In this document: in pieces, positions 49,080 through 58,813 of the stretch
How the letters are laid out: every line of letters begins with the position of its first letter
Position numbering within the stretch: position 1 is the first letter of the stretch
From: Desulfobacterales bacterium
Lineage (GTDB): Bacteria > Desulfobacterota > Desulfobacteria > Desulfobacterales > UBA2174
Reading direction: 5' to 3'
Length of the DNA stretch: 64,000 nt
Assembly: GCA_963668645.2 (NCBI GenBank)
Contig: CAXXWC010000006.1
Coordinates: 32,001-96,000 of the forward strand
Program-made: the position numbers and the translations under genes
The notes under the pieces: generated by a model
The model's database searches: none
What the model was told of the DNA's origin: nothing
What the model saw: the letters and a program-made list of their open reading frames with translations, nothing else

Positions 49080-51065
49080 ATGAAGCGGATGCAAATCTGG
49101 GGGGCGGTCCTGTGGGCAACGGTGATGGGCATCAGCGGGGTTTTACCCGCCGAGGCGCAACAGAATGATACGGCTTACCGGCTGTCGGAAATCGTGGTTT
49201 CAGACCAGTCCGAAAGCCGGGTGGAGGCCGTAGGGACCGTCCATCGGATTTCAGCCGAGCAACTCAAGGACCAGGGGGCCAGAACCCTGGACGATGCCCT
49301 GCAATTGATTCCGGGAGTCTATATCCGCCTGGGCGGGGAAGGAACCCCACGGGTGGATATCCGCGGTCTCAGGACCCGGCATGTGCAGTTGTTTTTGGAT
49401 GGTGTGCCCATCCGCGAGACCTATGACGACCAGTTCGACCCCACCACCATTCCGGTGGAATATATTGCCGAGATCAAGGTGACCACCGGCGGCGGTTCGG
49501 TGCTCTACGGCCAGGGCGGCAACGGCGGGGCCATTGACATCATCACCAAAAAAGGCAGCCGGGGCGTGCATGGAACGCTCGCCGCCGAGGCCGGCGAAGG
49601 CGAGCGCTATATCGGCCGGGCCTCTGTCTCCGTGGCCGACGAAAAATTCGATGCTTTCGCCAGTTTCAGCGACTCGGACCGGTCGTATTTCTATCTTTCG
49701 GATGATTACAGGCAAACCGCGGAACAAAACGACAACCATCGGGACAACAGCGATCTGTGGCGGCGCAATCTTTTTGCGAACATGGGATACGCGCTTTCCG
49801 ACCAATCCAAACTGGGAATTACCGCAAATTACGTCGAAGGCGACAACGGCAAGCCCCCGGTCGCCAATTACGTCAAAACCGACCCCTTTACCAAGAAGCC
49901 CAAGTACGAAAGGGTGGAAGATCTGGAAGGGGCCCTTGTCCAGGCGGCTTTGAGCCACGATCCGCAGGGGCCGTTGTCTTTTCGGGTCTGGGGGTATTAC
50001 AATTCTCTGAGCCAGGAAGAAAACCGCTACGATGACGACAATTACAGCACCCAGGCACTCAACGGCGCCTATCACCAGCAATCGGATACGGACATTGCCG
50101 GCCTCAGCGCCCAGGTGAAGTATCAGGCCGGACCCGACGGGGTGGCCACTTTGGGGCTTTCGGCCGAAAACGACGACTGGCAGTCTGACGGATTTACGGT
50201 GAATAAAGCGAAAAAGCGGATTGCCTTTGACGAAAACCGGGATGTTCAGCTGTACAGCATCGCCCTCGAATACGAGCGCCTCTTGATGGATCGTATCGGG
50301 ATAGTCATGGGCTATGGGCAGCATTTCATGGAAAAGGACCAGGGCAGCGGCGAAAATGATTTTTCCTATCTTGTCGGAGCCCACTTCGATGTCAGCGACA
50401 CCACGCGGCTGAAACTCTCCCATGCCCGCAAGGTCCGGTTTCCGTCCATCAAGCAGCTTTATGACGCGGATGCGGGCAACACCGGCCTTGAAGCCGAAAC
50501 CACCTGGCACTATGAAGCCGGCATCGAACAGAGCCTTCCGGCCAAGTCGACCCTTCAATTGACCGGATTTTATATCGACGCCGAGGACTTCATTGAAAAA
50601 GACGATACCGATATCTATCGGAATTATGAAAAGTACCGGTTCTACGGATTCGAGGTGGCGGCTGAAACCCGGTTTATCGAAGACCTGATGCTCCGGATCA
50701 GCTATGCGTGGCTGGACAGCAAAGACGAATCCGACAATGCGGAACGTGATGAACTCCAGTACCGGCCCGAGCACCAGCTGACCCTGGAAGGCAGGTACAG
50801 GTTTGATATCGGCCTGACCGCCTATGCCTCGGTGCGTTATGTGGCGGACCAGTATTTTTACGACAGCGACGGCAATGCCCCCCTGGAAAAGCAAAAACTG
50901 GACAACTTTACCCTGGTGAACCTGAAACTGAGCCAGAAAATCGGCAAAACCGGTGCCGAGGTCTACGTGGGCGCGGAAAATCTGTTGGATGAAGACTACG
51001 AAGAAAGCTACGGGCTGCCCCAGCCCGGATGCACCCTCTATGCCGGCGTCGAATTCCGGTTCTGA
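49080..51065 (+). CDS. TonB-dependent outer-membrane receptor
   Basis: Signal peptide, TonB-box-like EIVVS, plug motifs IRG and SVLYG...GG.I.IITKK, C-terminal F. Confidence 0.92.
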   Translation: MKRMQIWGAVLWATVMGISGVLPAEAQQNDTAYRLSEIVVSDQSESRVEAVGTVHRISAEQLKDQGARTLDDALQLIPGVYIRLGGEGTPRVDIRGLRTRHVQLFLDGVPIRETYDDQFDPTTIPVEYIAEIKVTTGGGSVLYGQGGNGGAIDIITKKGSRGVHGTLAAEAGEGERYIGRASVSVADEKFDAFASFSDSDRSYFYLSDDYRQTAEQNDNHRDNSDLWRRNLFANMGYALSDQSKLGITANYVEGDNGKPPVANYVKTDPFTKKPKYERVEDLEGALVQAALSHDPQGPLSFRVWGYYNSLSQEENRYDDDNYSTQALNGAYHQQSDTDIAGLSAQVKYQAGPDGVATLGLSAENDDWQSDGFTVNKAKKRIAFDENRDVQLYSIALEYERLLMDRIGIVMGYGQHFMEKDQGSGENDFSYLVGAHFDVSDTTRLKLSHARKVRFPSIKQLYDADAGNTGLEAETTWHYEAGIEQSLPAKSTLQLTGFYIDAEDFIEKDDTDIYRNYEKYRFYGFEVAAETRFIEDLMLRISYAWLDSKDESDNAERDELQYRPEHQLTLEGRYRFDIGLTAYASVRYVADQYFYDSDGNAPLEKQKLDNFTLVNLKLSQKIGKTGAEVYVGAENLLDEDYEESYGLPQPGCTLYAGVEFRF

Positions 51066-53112
51066 TGCCGGGGTCCTGGTCCGGTTAAGCCGGTTTTCCT
51101 ATGCGTATCCGGACAGGGCCGATTTCGTTCTCAAACAGGTCACCATGGCCATCGGCACCGGGGAGTGCCACTGCATTGTCGGCCCCACCGGTTCTGGCAA
51201 AACCACCTTGTTGCTGGCGATCCGGGGCCTGCTGCCGCCAGAAGGACGCCGGCAGGGCGAGGTGATCCTGGCGGGAGGCGGCGGCCGGCCAAGGGCCAGG
51301 GCCGGACTGGTGCTGCAAAACCCGGAGACCCAGTTGCTCGGAACCTCCCTGGGCGCGGAGGTGGCCTTCGGTCTGGAAAACCATTGTGTGGCTCCCCATC
51401 AGATGGCGACCCGGGTCCGGGCGGCGCTTGCAAAAGTTGGGCTGAACCGGGCCCTGGATATGACGATCGACCGGCTCTCCATGGGCCAGAAGTACCGGGG
51501 ACTGCTGGCCGGGCTCCTGGTGATGGAACCGGACCTGCTGCTTTTGGACGAACCCGGGGCCCAGCTCGACCCCCGGGGCCTGGAAAAGCTCGCCGCGGTC
51601 ATTAAGGCCTTGAAGCAGGCCGGCAAATCCCTTTTGATCTGCGATCATCGCCCGGAGCTGCTGGCGTCAGTCATCGATGCCTGCTGGCAGATCGACGCTG
51701 CGGGCCGCATCTTTCAGCTTCAAAAGATACCCGCTGCGGCCCAAAACCGGAATGTGGCCGATCCGCCGGGCCGAATGCCAGACGAGGCCCGGGTCGTGAT
51801 CCGGGCGCGCGGGATCGGCCTGCAAACCGAGGCTGGCACCGATATCTGGTCAGACCTGTCCTTTTGTGTCAAACAGGGCGAACGCATTGCCATCCACGGT
51901 CCCAATGGGGCCGGAAAGACTTCCCTGGTGCGGTGCCTGGCCGGATTGGCCCGGCCTGATTGCGGAAGTATCGAGGTGCTGGGAACGAGGCCGGAAAAAG
52001 GATTATGCCGGGGAAAAATCGGGGTGCTGTTCCAGAACCCTCAAAAGCAACTGTTCGAGACCACGGTTTTGGATGAAGCGGCCTTTGCCGCCAGACGTTT
52101 GGGAAAAAGCGACCAGACCGTCGAGAAAAAGGTCCGGAATCTTTTGACCCGTCTGGGAATCGACCATCTTCGCGGCACATCCCCGCACAAGCTGAGCTTT
52201 GGCCAGAAGCACCTGGTGGCCCTGGCCTCGGTGCTGGCCGGGGATCCGCAAATTCTGATCCTGGACGATCCCTTTGCCGGACTGGACCGGGAAAGCACCC
52301 GAAGGGTAATGGACCTTCTGGCCGAGGCAAGCGCTCACGGGACCACCGTTCTATGGACCGTCCATCACCCGCAAATGCTCGAACAATGGGCCTCGCGAAC
52401 CATCTCGCTTGCCGGTCTTCGAAAGGGCGCGCCATTGGAAACCTCGCGCGATCCTTCCGGGCCGGTGCCGTCTGAAAAACGCCTTGCCCCCCTGATCAAG
52501 ACTCCCGCCGGTGCGATGCTGGCTCTGTCGCTGACGCTTTCCATCTTTGCCTTTGCCGCCAGAACGGTTCCGCTGCTGGCCCTTTTGACAGGCATCAACC
52601 TGGTGGTGCTGGCCTTGGCATGCCCCAGGCCCTTTTCAATCATGGGCCGGAGCCTGCGTTTTTTTTTCTGGCAGACCGCCCTTATCGTCGTGCTCTACGC
52701 CATCCGCTTCGGCCTGCAAACCGGCGCCCTGGCCGGGGCCCGCGTGGGATGGCAGTTGTTTTTGGCCTTTTGGCCGGCAATGATCTTCATGGCGTCAACC
52801 TCCCAGCCCCGGATCACCAAGGCCCTGTCCCGGGTGTTGCCCCATCGCACGGCATTCGTGATCGCCGTCTGCCTCAAGTTTTTACCTGTGCTGATGCGCG
52901 AGATGCAAAGCATCCGTGAAACCCAGATCCTGAGAGGCGCGCGCCTTATGCCCCGGGATATCAAAAATCCGCGTTACTGGCCGGACTGGATCCGTTGCCT
53001 GCTGGTTCCGACCCTGATACAAACCCTGTCTTTGTCTGGAGACATCGCCCTGGCCGCGAGTGCCAGGGACTTCGGCATTCACGGCCGGCGGACATGTTGG
53101 CCTGGAGACTAA
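51040..53112 (+). CDS. ECF transporter fusion: two ATPase domains + EcfT (start approximate)
   Basis: Walker A GPTGSGKT and GPNGAGKT, two QNP Q-loops, C-terminal TM domain with LRG and ARDF arginine motifs. Confidence 0.82.
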   Translation: MPASNSGSDAGVLVRLSRFSYAYPDRADFVLKQVTMAIGTGECHCIVGPTGSGKTTLLLAIRGLLPPEGRRQGEVILAGGGGRPRARAGLVLQNPETQLLGTSLGAEVAFGLENHCVAPHQMATRVRAALAKVGLNRALDMTIDRLSMGQKYRGLLAGLLVMEPDLLLLDEPGAQLDPRGLEKLAAVIKALKQAGKSLLICDHRPELLASVIDACWQIDAAGRIFQLQKIPAAAQNRNVADPPGRMPDEARVVIRARGIGLQTEAGTDIWSDLSFCVKQGERIAIHGPNGAGKTSLVRCLAGLARPDCGSIEVLGTRPEKGLCRGKIGVLFQNPQKQLFETTVLDEAAFAARRLGKSDQTVEKKVRNLLTRLGIDHLRGTSPHKLSFGQKHLVALASVLAGDPQILILDDPFAGLDRESTRRVMDLLAEASAHGTTVLWTVHHPQMLEQWASRTISLAGLRKGAPLETSRDPSGPVPSEKRLAPLIKTPAGAMLALSLTLSIFAFAARTVPLLALLTGINLVVLALACPRPFSIMGRSLRFFFWQTALIVVLYAIRFGLQTGALAGARVGWQLFLAFWPAMIFMASTSQPRITKALSRVLPHRTAFVIAVCLKFLPVLMREMQSIRETQILRGARLMPRDIKNPRYWPDWIRCLLVPTLIQTLSLSGDIALAASARDFGIHGRRTCWPGD

Positions 53113-53116
53113 CAGC

Positions 53117-53632
53117 ATGCGACTGTCATTGAAAGATGCCCTGTTTCTCGGGTTTTGTGCCGTATTCATCCTGGTGACCAAGACTGCACTGCGCCTTCAT
53201 CTCAAGATTCCGGGGCACAGCATGTTTTTTACCGTCTTTTTCCTGATGCTGGCCCGCGGATGCGTGCAAAACGGATTTGCCGCGACCTTCTGTGGGCTTC
53301 TGGCCGGGATTATGACCATGATCCTGGGCATGGGCAAAGGCGGTCCCCTGCTGATCATTAAATTCTTGCTGCCGGGCCTGGCCGTAGACGGCATGGCGCT
53401 TTTTCTGCCGGGTCTGTTTCAGTCTCTGCCTCTGTGCGCCCTCACGGCGGCCCTGGCCGGGGCCACGCGGTTTCTCAGCACCTATGCGGTGGATATCCTT
53501 ACGGGCATGGACCCGGATGTTTTAATGCAGCACATTTTTATTCAATCCTCCGGAAACCTGATCTTCGGCATTGCCGGCGGCCTGCTCGTGCCGCCGGTAA
53601 TCCGCAAGCTCAAGGCATACGGAACAATCTAG
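53117..53632 (+). CDS. Probable ECF substrate-specific S component
   Basis: About 170 aa, very hydrophobic, LHLKIPGHS; directly after EcfAAT. Confidence 0.65.
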   Translation: MRLSLKDALFLGFCAVFILVTKTALRLHLKIPGHSMFFTVFFLMLARGCVQNGFAATFCGLLAGIMTMILGMGKGGPLLIIKFLLPGLAVDGMALFLPGLFQSLPLCALTAALAGATRFLSTYAVDILTGMDPDVLMQHIFIQSSGNLIFGIAGGLLVPPVIRKLKAYGTI

Positions 53633-53644
53633 AAGGAACAGGTA

Positions 53645-54361
53645 ATGAAGCTATACGTCGGATTTGACGATACGGACGTGGCCGGTGCCGACCGGGGAAC
53701 AGGCAAGCTGGCCCGCTGGTTTGCCTCGAAACTGCCCGAGGGCATGCATCTTTGGGGGGTGGTGCGCCAGCAATTGCCGGTAATGGAAGGGATTCCATAT
53801 ACCTCCCAGAACAGCTCGGCCTGCCTGATCCTGGATATGGCGGACCCGGACCAGCAGCAAACCGTGATCGAGCAGGCAGCGGCCCATATCCGGGAGCACT
53901 TTATCCAGGGCAGCGACCCGGGGTTGTGCGTGGTGCCGCAGAACAGTCCCAGCGTTGCGGACCTGATCGCCTTCGGCCGGGAGGCCTGCACGCGTATCGT
54001 CACCCAGAAGGCTGCCATGAACGCAGTCAACGGCAATCACCTATCCGGCCACGGCGGCACCAACGACGGCATCATCGGGGCTGCCGCCGGCGTCGGTCTG
54101 ACCCTGTACGGATGGAGCGGGCGTTTCATCGAATTCAATGGTTTGCGCGACTTTTCCAGAGAGGTGACGGTGGGTGAACTGGAAGCCCGTGGGATTCAGG
54201 TGCTTTCCATCGACCGCAATGCACTGGTCCCAGGGCCGGAGGATCTGGTGGATACCCAGAACTGGCTGCGCCCGCGCCTGTGGGGGTTCAAGCCGGTGCT
54301 GCCCGTTGAGGCCCAGGGGCCGGGATACTGGCGCTCGGTGGGAACCAAGAACAAAAAATAG
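53645..54361 (+). CDS. Stand-alone TiaS N-terminal (kinase-like) domain protein
   Basis: YVGFDDTD, IPYTSQN, SDPGL, GIIGAAAGVG parallel the TiaS motifs GIDDTD, IPYKTRGN, TNPG, GLIGALAA; no OB or Zn-ribbon domain. Confidence 0.7.
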   Translation: MKLYVGFDDTDVAGADRGTGKLARWFASKLPEGMHLWGVVRQQLPVMEGIPYTSQNSSACLILDMADPDQQQTVIEQAAAHIREHFIQGSDPGLCVVPQNSPSVADLIAFGREACTRIVTQKAAMNAVNGNHLSGHGGTNDGIIGAAAGVGLTLYGWSGRFIEFNGLRDFSREVTVGELEARGIQVLSIDRNALVPGPEDLVDTQNWLRPRLWGFKPVLPVEAQGPGYWRSVGTKNKK

Positions 54362-54396
54362 CGAAACCGCGCCAGGCCTGGAGACGAAAGACGTTG

Positions 54397-55458
54397 TTAA
54401 ACCGCCTCCCACCGGGACCATCCCACATAGCCCAGCGTCAGGGCCAAGGCGCAGCCGGCGAAGGTCGCGGCCATGCGCTCGATCAAAACCATCCAGGAGA
54501 CTTCCTGGCCGAATTCCAACAGCAGAATGACCAGAGCCGTCTGAACCGCCGCATAGGCCAGGTAGCTGGTTTCCAGCAGCATCGGCCGCAGCGCGGCCAG
54601 AACCGCAATGAGGATGACGACGCCCCAGGCCGAAGACGCCCAGAGCATGAAAAGGCTTATGAGCAGGACCCCAATCGCCGTGCCGGTGGCGCGGTGGATC
54701 GTTCGGGGTACGGCCTCCTGAAGGTTGCGATGGGCCACGATCACCACCGTAACGGCGATCCAGTAACCCCGATGCCCCGGCCAAAACAGCTCCAACGCCT
54801 CGGCAGCCGCCAGGCAAAGGGTGATGCGAAGGGTATATTGCCATCCCTTCAGGCGGGTGAGCGATCTTTTCCACCGCCTCAGATACTGATGCAGGGTATA
54901 GCGGGGCGGCGAAGCGGCATCGGCCGCAGGCGGCTTCGCGATAGCCTGCAACAGCGGCCGGAAACCCAGCGACAGCCCGGCTGTCCAGACGCCTCCCATC
55001 AGGAACCCAAGCGCAACAGCACCGGTATGATGGGAGGACCCCCTGCCGAGATTGGCGGCGATGATGGTAAAAAGGATGTATTGCGTGGTGGCCCTGACCA
55101 TGGGCCGGCTGAGACTGCCAAGAAGCGCCGCCGCGGCAGCAACGATCGGAATGCCGCAATATTGCAGCCCGTGCGCAGCCAGCAATGAACCGGTCAACAT
55201 CGCCGCAAACCCGGCCGCCAGCGCGTAAACCAGGCCGGGCGCCTGTTCGCGAAACGTCCTGCCCTTCCCGTCACCGCTCAGCGCCAGCCCACCCAAGGAT
55301 GCAACAATTCCAAGCTCCGGCCTTCCGGCCATGAATCCGGCGGCCATAGGCCCTGCAAGCCCGAGCATCCCGGAAATGGCATGCGGCAGGCTTGAGAGGG
55401 CCTTAATTGAAAACCCGCCGCGATTTGATTTAACGGTCTGTCTTGGTGTCTTTTTCAC
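54397..55458 (-). CDS. FUSC-family membrane protein
   Basis: GTG start with GGAG RBS; GYWIAVTV, RATGTAIG, ERMAAT. Confidence 0.78.
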   Translation of the reverse strand: MKKTPRQTVKSNRGGFSIKALSSLPHAISGMLGLAGPMAAGFMAGRPELGIVASLGGLALSGDGKGRTFREQAPGLVYALAAGFAAMLTGSLLAAHGLQYCGIPIVAAAAALLGSLSRPMVRATTQYILFTIIAANLGRGSSHHTGAVALGFLMGGVWTAGLSLGFRPLLQAIAKPPAADAASPPRYTLHQYLRRWKRSLTRLKGWQYTLRITLCLAAAEALELFWPGHRGYWIAVTVVIVAHRNLQEAVPRTIHRATGTAIGVLLISLFMLWASSAWGVVILIAVLAALRPMLLETSYLAYAAVQTALVILLLEFGQEVSWMVLIERMAATFAGCALALTLGYVGWSRWEAV

Positions 55459-55725
55459 TGCGATTCTCCACACAGGATATCTCGACACGATTATTGGCGC
55501 TTTTGGATACTCGCCTTTCACGAATCCTTGAACAGGCGCGGCTCGACCTCAACCGCCGCCTTGAACTTCAAAACGCCGGGGCAGCAGGCAGGTCAATCTC
55601 TACTTTATATTGCTGGCGAGAGAAAGGGGTCCGGCTTCAGGATCGCGGCAAAATCCGAATCCCGACGTACCGGCGATGAGGCTGCGGGCTGTTTTGGCGC
55701 TGTTTTCCCCGATCTGCCCGAATGC

Positions 55726-55858
55726 AGATTCCTCCTCGCTGACGCTCGCCGGAATGACAGTGGGAAAGAGGGCGCACCGAAATGACAACGGGAAAACAGG
55801 GCTTGCCGCAATGACAGCGGGAAGAAGTGTCATCCCGAGGAGTTACGACGAGGGATCT
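55726..55858. repeat. REP-like cluster with three 28-29 bp tandem units and an inverted end
   Basis: aatgaca at 55753, 55781 and 55810; tgtcatcccg...gggatct inversely matches agattcc...cggaatgaca. Confidence 0.6.
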
Positions 55859-55996
55859 CCACAGTTGCGAAAGAAGGCGGGGAAATCCATGGAACGGTTC
55901 ACAGCGCGGGCACCGCTCCCGGTCGCCACAAAAACCTTGAATATTGATGATGGCATCATTAATATTCAAGGTAAAATTGTGAAAGGTATTGTGGCC

Positions 55997-57247
55997 ATGT
56001 ACCATGAAAGGATCCTGACGAATCGACTCCACAGACTCTTTTCCGTTTTTCCGGTGGTTGTGGTTTCAGGCGCCCGCCAGGTCGGAAAGAGCACCCTGCT
56101 GGCCCACACCTTGGGCCGGAAAATGGAGACCGTCGTTTTCGACCCGGTTGTGGACGTGGAAAATGCCAGGTCAGACCCGGAACTATTTCTCAACAACCGC
56201 CGTCCGCCCATCATCCTGGACGAGATTCAATACGCCCCTGAACTGGTGCCGGCCATCAAGCGGCGCGTGGATCAGGGCCGCGCGGCGGGCCAGTACGTTC
56301 TGAGCGGTTCCCAGCAATGGGGGGTAATGCGGTCCATATCCGAGAGCCTTGCCGGCAGGGCCGTGTTCCTGGATCTCGATAGCTTCAGCCTTGCCGAAGC
56401 CGTCCATCCTGAAAAGCAGGATGCCTGGCTGGATCGATGGATCGAAGACAGCCAAACGTTTTTAAAAACATTTACCGCCCGTCACCTGACCGGCGTCACC
56501 CTTTATGAACAACTGTGGCGTGGCTTTCTACCCGAAGCGCAATTCATCCCTCTTGACACGATCTCTGATTTTCACACTGCCTACCAGCGCACTTACATCG
56601 AAAGGGATCTCCGGCTGCTGGCGGATGTGTCCGATTGGCAGCTATTCGGCCGGTTTCTGAGAGTGGTGGCGGCCTTGACCGCTCAGGAAATCAATTTCAG
56701 CCAAGTCGGCCGGGAACTAGGTCTGACCCCGCAGACGGCAGGCCGCTGGCTCGACATTCTCAAGGCCACCTTCCAGTGGTTCGAGCTTGAACCGTTTTCA
56801 GGCAACGCGGTGAAAAAGGTCAGCGGTAAGCCGAAGGGATATCTGTCCGATACCGGTATGGCGTGCGCGGCCCAGGCCATATCGAGCCCGGCGGCCATCG
56901 GCGGGCATCCGCTGTGGGGGGCGCTGTTCGAGACTGCCGTGGTTGCCGAAGTCCGCAAACAGTGCGCCTTTTTGTCTCCAAAGCCCAAGATGTACCATTG
57001 GCGGACCTATGCCGGGGCAGAAGTCGATATCATCCTCGAATACGACGGCCGGATCTATCCGATCGAAGCCAAGGCCGCCAGCAACCCGAGCCGCCGGGAC
57101 ACCTCAGGAATCACAGCATTTCGCAAACGATACCCCGATCTGGCGGTGGAAAAAGGACTGGTCATGGCTCCCGTGGAAAGGATCACGCCCATATCCGAGC
57201 TCGACTATGCCGTGCCCTGGGACTTGGCAGCGGCAAAAGCGGGATAA
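55997..57247 (+). CDS. AAA+ ATPase with DUF4143-type C-terminus
   Basis: GARQVGKST, LDEIQ, ESLAGR, TYIERD, EVD...IEAK. Confidence 0.85.
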   Translation: MYHERILTNRLHRLFSVFPVVVVSGARQVGKSTLLAHTLGRKMETVVFDPVVDVENARSDPELFLNNRRPPIILDEIQYAPELVPAIKRRVDQGRAAGQYVLSGSQQWGVMRSISESLAGRAVFLDLDSFSLAEAVHPEKQDAWLDRWIEDSQTFLKTFTARHLTGVTLYEQLWRGFLPEAQFIPLDTISDFHTAYQRTYIERDLRLLADVSDWQLFGRFLRVVAALTAQEINFSQVGRELGLTPQTAGRWLDILKATFQWFELEPFSGNAVKKVSGKPKGYLSDTGMACAAQAISSPAAIGGHPLWGALFETAVVAEVRKQCAFLSPKPKMYHWRTYAGAEVDIILEYDGRIYPIEAKAASNPSRRDTSGITAFRKRYPDLAVEKGLVMAPVERITPISELDYAVPWDLAAAKAG

Positions 57248-57701
57248 AGAACTGTAAGATCCCTTTCTTGTGTTCAAGATAACACAGGAACCACGTGCCA
57301 TTCAAAAGCCTTCACCTGCATTCTGCGTTCTCCAAAGTCAGTGTTGTCCGCCCTCCTCCGCGCCTCAGCGTCTCCGCGCGAGATTAAAAACACCTTCGCA
57401 CGGCTATCATCCGCACTTTACCGGCATTCTCGCAACCACCCAAAAACCATGAAAATAATTGTCGACCTTAGTGATATCCAAATATAACGGCCTCTATTCA
57501 TTCTGGCTAAGTATCAATTTATTTTTATACTGTATTAATTTTCTTATTGAAGCCTGTTCAGATATTGTGTATGTTGCTACCGTTTTGGCCGCCAAAATCA
57601 GCAAAACCGGTCTTTCCAGGGGAGTTCCGGCTTCTTTTTAAGGCCGTTGTAAGAAGCGTTCTTTAAGATTTGATTAACCTCAGCGGGAGTAAGAGCGCGC
57701 C

Positions 57702-58202
57702 GTGGCAAACGGAATCGTCCGGATCGACGAATGCCTGAGCAAGCGCGACGGTCATCTGTGGATCGAAGAGGTCGACAAGATGGACATCGTCGCCCGACAC
57801 GGCACCCCTGTCTTCGTCATCTCTGAAAACCAGCTTCGCCGCAACGTCCGCCGCTTCCAGAAATCCTTCCAGGCCGGCTGGCCCGACGGACCGGTTAAAA
57901 TCCTGCCCGCTGCCAAGGCCAACTGGATCACCGCCATCCAGATGATCCTGGCCCAGGAGGGGTGCGGCTGCGACATCTTCTCGGAAGGCGAGTTGGCCGT
58001 GGCCCTGAAGGCCGGCTTTCCCCATGACCTAATCTCGATCAACGGGGTGCCTAAATTCAAGTATCACGTTTACAATGCCATCAAAAAGGTCGACTTCATT
58101 GAGCAAGCAATGCGCGATCTTAACACCACAGTCTACGTCCGACTGCGCCTCAAGCCGCTGCTGTCCAACTTCGTACGCCATTCGGATTTTTCCGCCGAAT
58201 GA
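57702..58202 (+). pseudogene. Truncated diaminopimelate decarboxylase-like (fold III PLP) gene
   Basis: HGTPVFV, PLP lysine motif AAKAN, SEGEL, INGVPK; stops at 166 aa where base composition changes. Confidence 0.7.
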
Positions 58203-58671
58203 CTTGTGGCTACTGATTTTGCTGATAGCCGCGCTATTCATCTAAACATGGGCATTCAATTGTACTACTATATCTTCGCCAAAGAGGTGGATGCAAAATT
58301 GAAAAAGATAAACGACATCAACGGCCACTCTTGCTACTGTGACCTGTTGATATCTACCATTTTGATTCCGAAAAATCTGAAAATAAGCGACATGTTCGAC
58401 ACCTGCGCTTATCAAAAATCTATGACGAATCAGTTTAATACCATGCTTCGGCCTGTAGCGTTTTTGGTGAACGGAAATGATGTTGCAGTGGGGGGATCTG
58501 ATTCCTTATTATCTTTTGTAGGTTCGAAGCATTCCTGGCGATGTTTGCGGTAACCTGTGAACATAGGTTGAGACGGGACTAAAGGCCGAGAAGCAAGTCA
58601 ATGCAATTCTTTTCCCCTTCTTCGCCCTTCATGTGACCGAATTTTCGGCCGTGGAAGTGCCCCTCAACTTT

Positions 58672-58781
58672 GACTCTCTCGTAAAAAGTCTGAAAAACGG
58701 CAACTTCCAGATTTTGGGCCGAATGATTTCAATAAGTTACAGCGGCGGAAATTCAAAAATCCGACTTTTTACGTACGCATC
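58672..58781. mobile_element. MITE-like element, family B
   Basis: Inverted cgtaaaaagtc / gactttttacg near both ends; exact 6-bp flanking duplication aacttt. Confidence 0.7.
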
Positions 58782-58813
58782 AACTTTGTTATGGGACGAA
58801 CACCCATCCTATC

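Noticed and set aside
55744..55828. 28-29 bp tandem units as a CRISPR array
   Set aside because: Units are degenerate and abut without unique spacers; no cas genes.
58206..58553. 115-aa ORF at the island edge
   Set aside because: No clear RBS or motif; cannot be supported as a gene.
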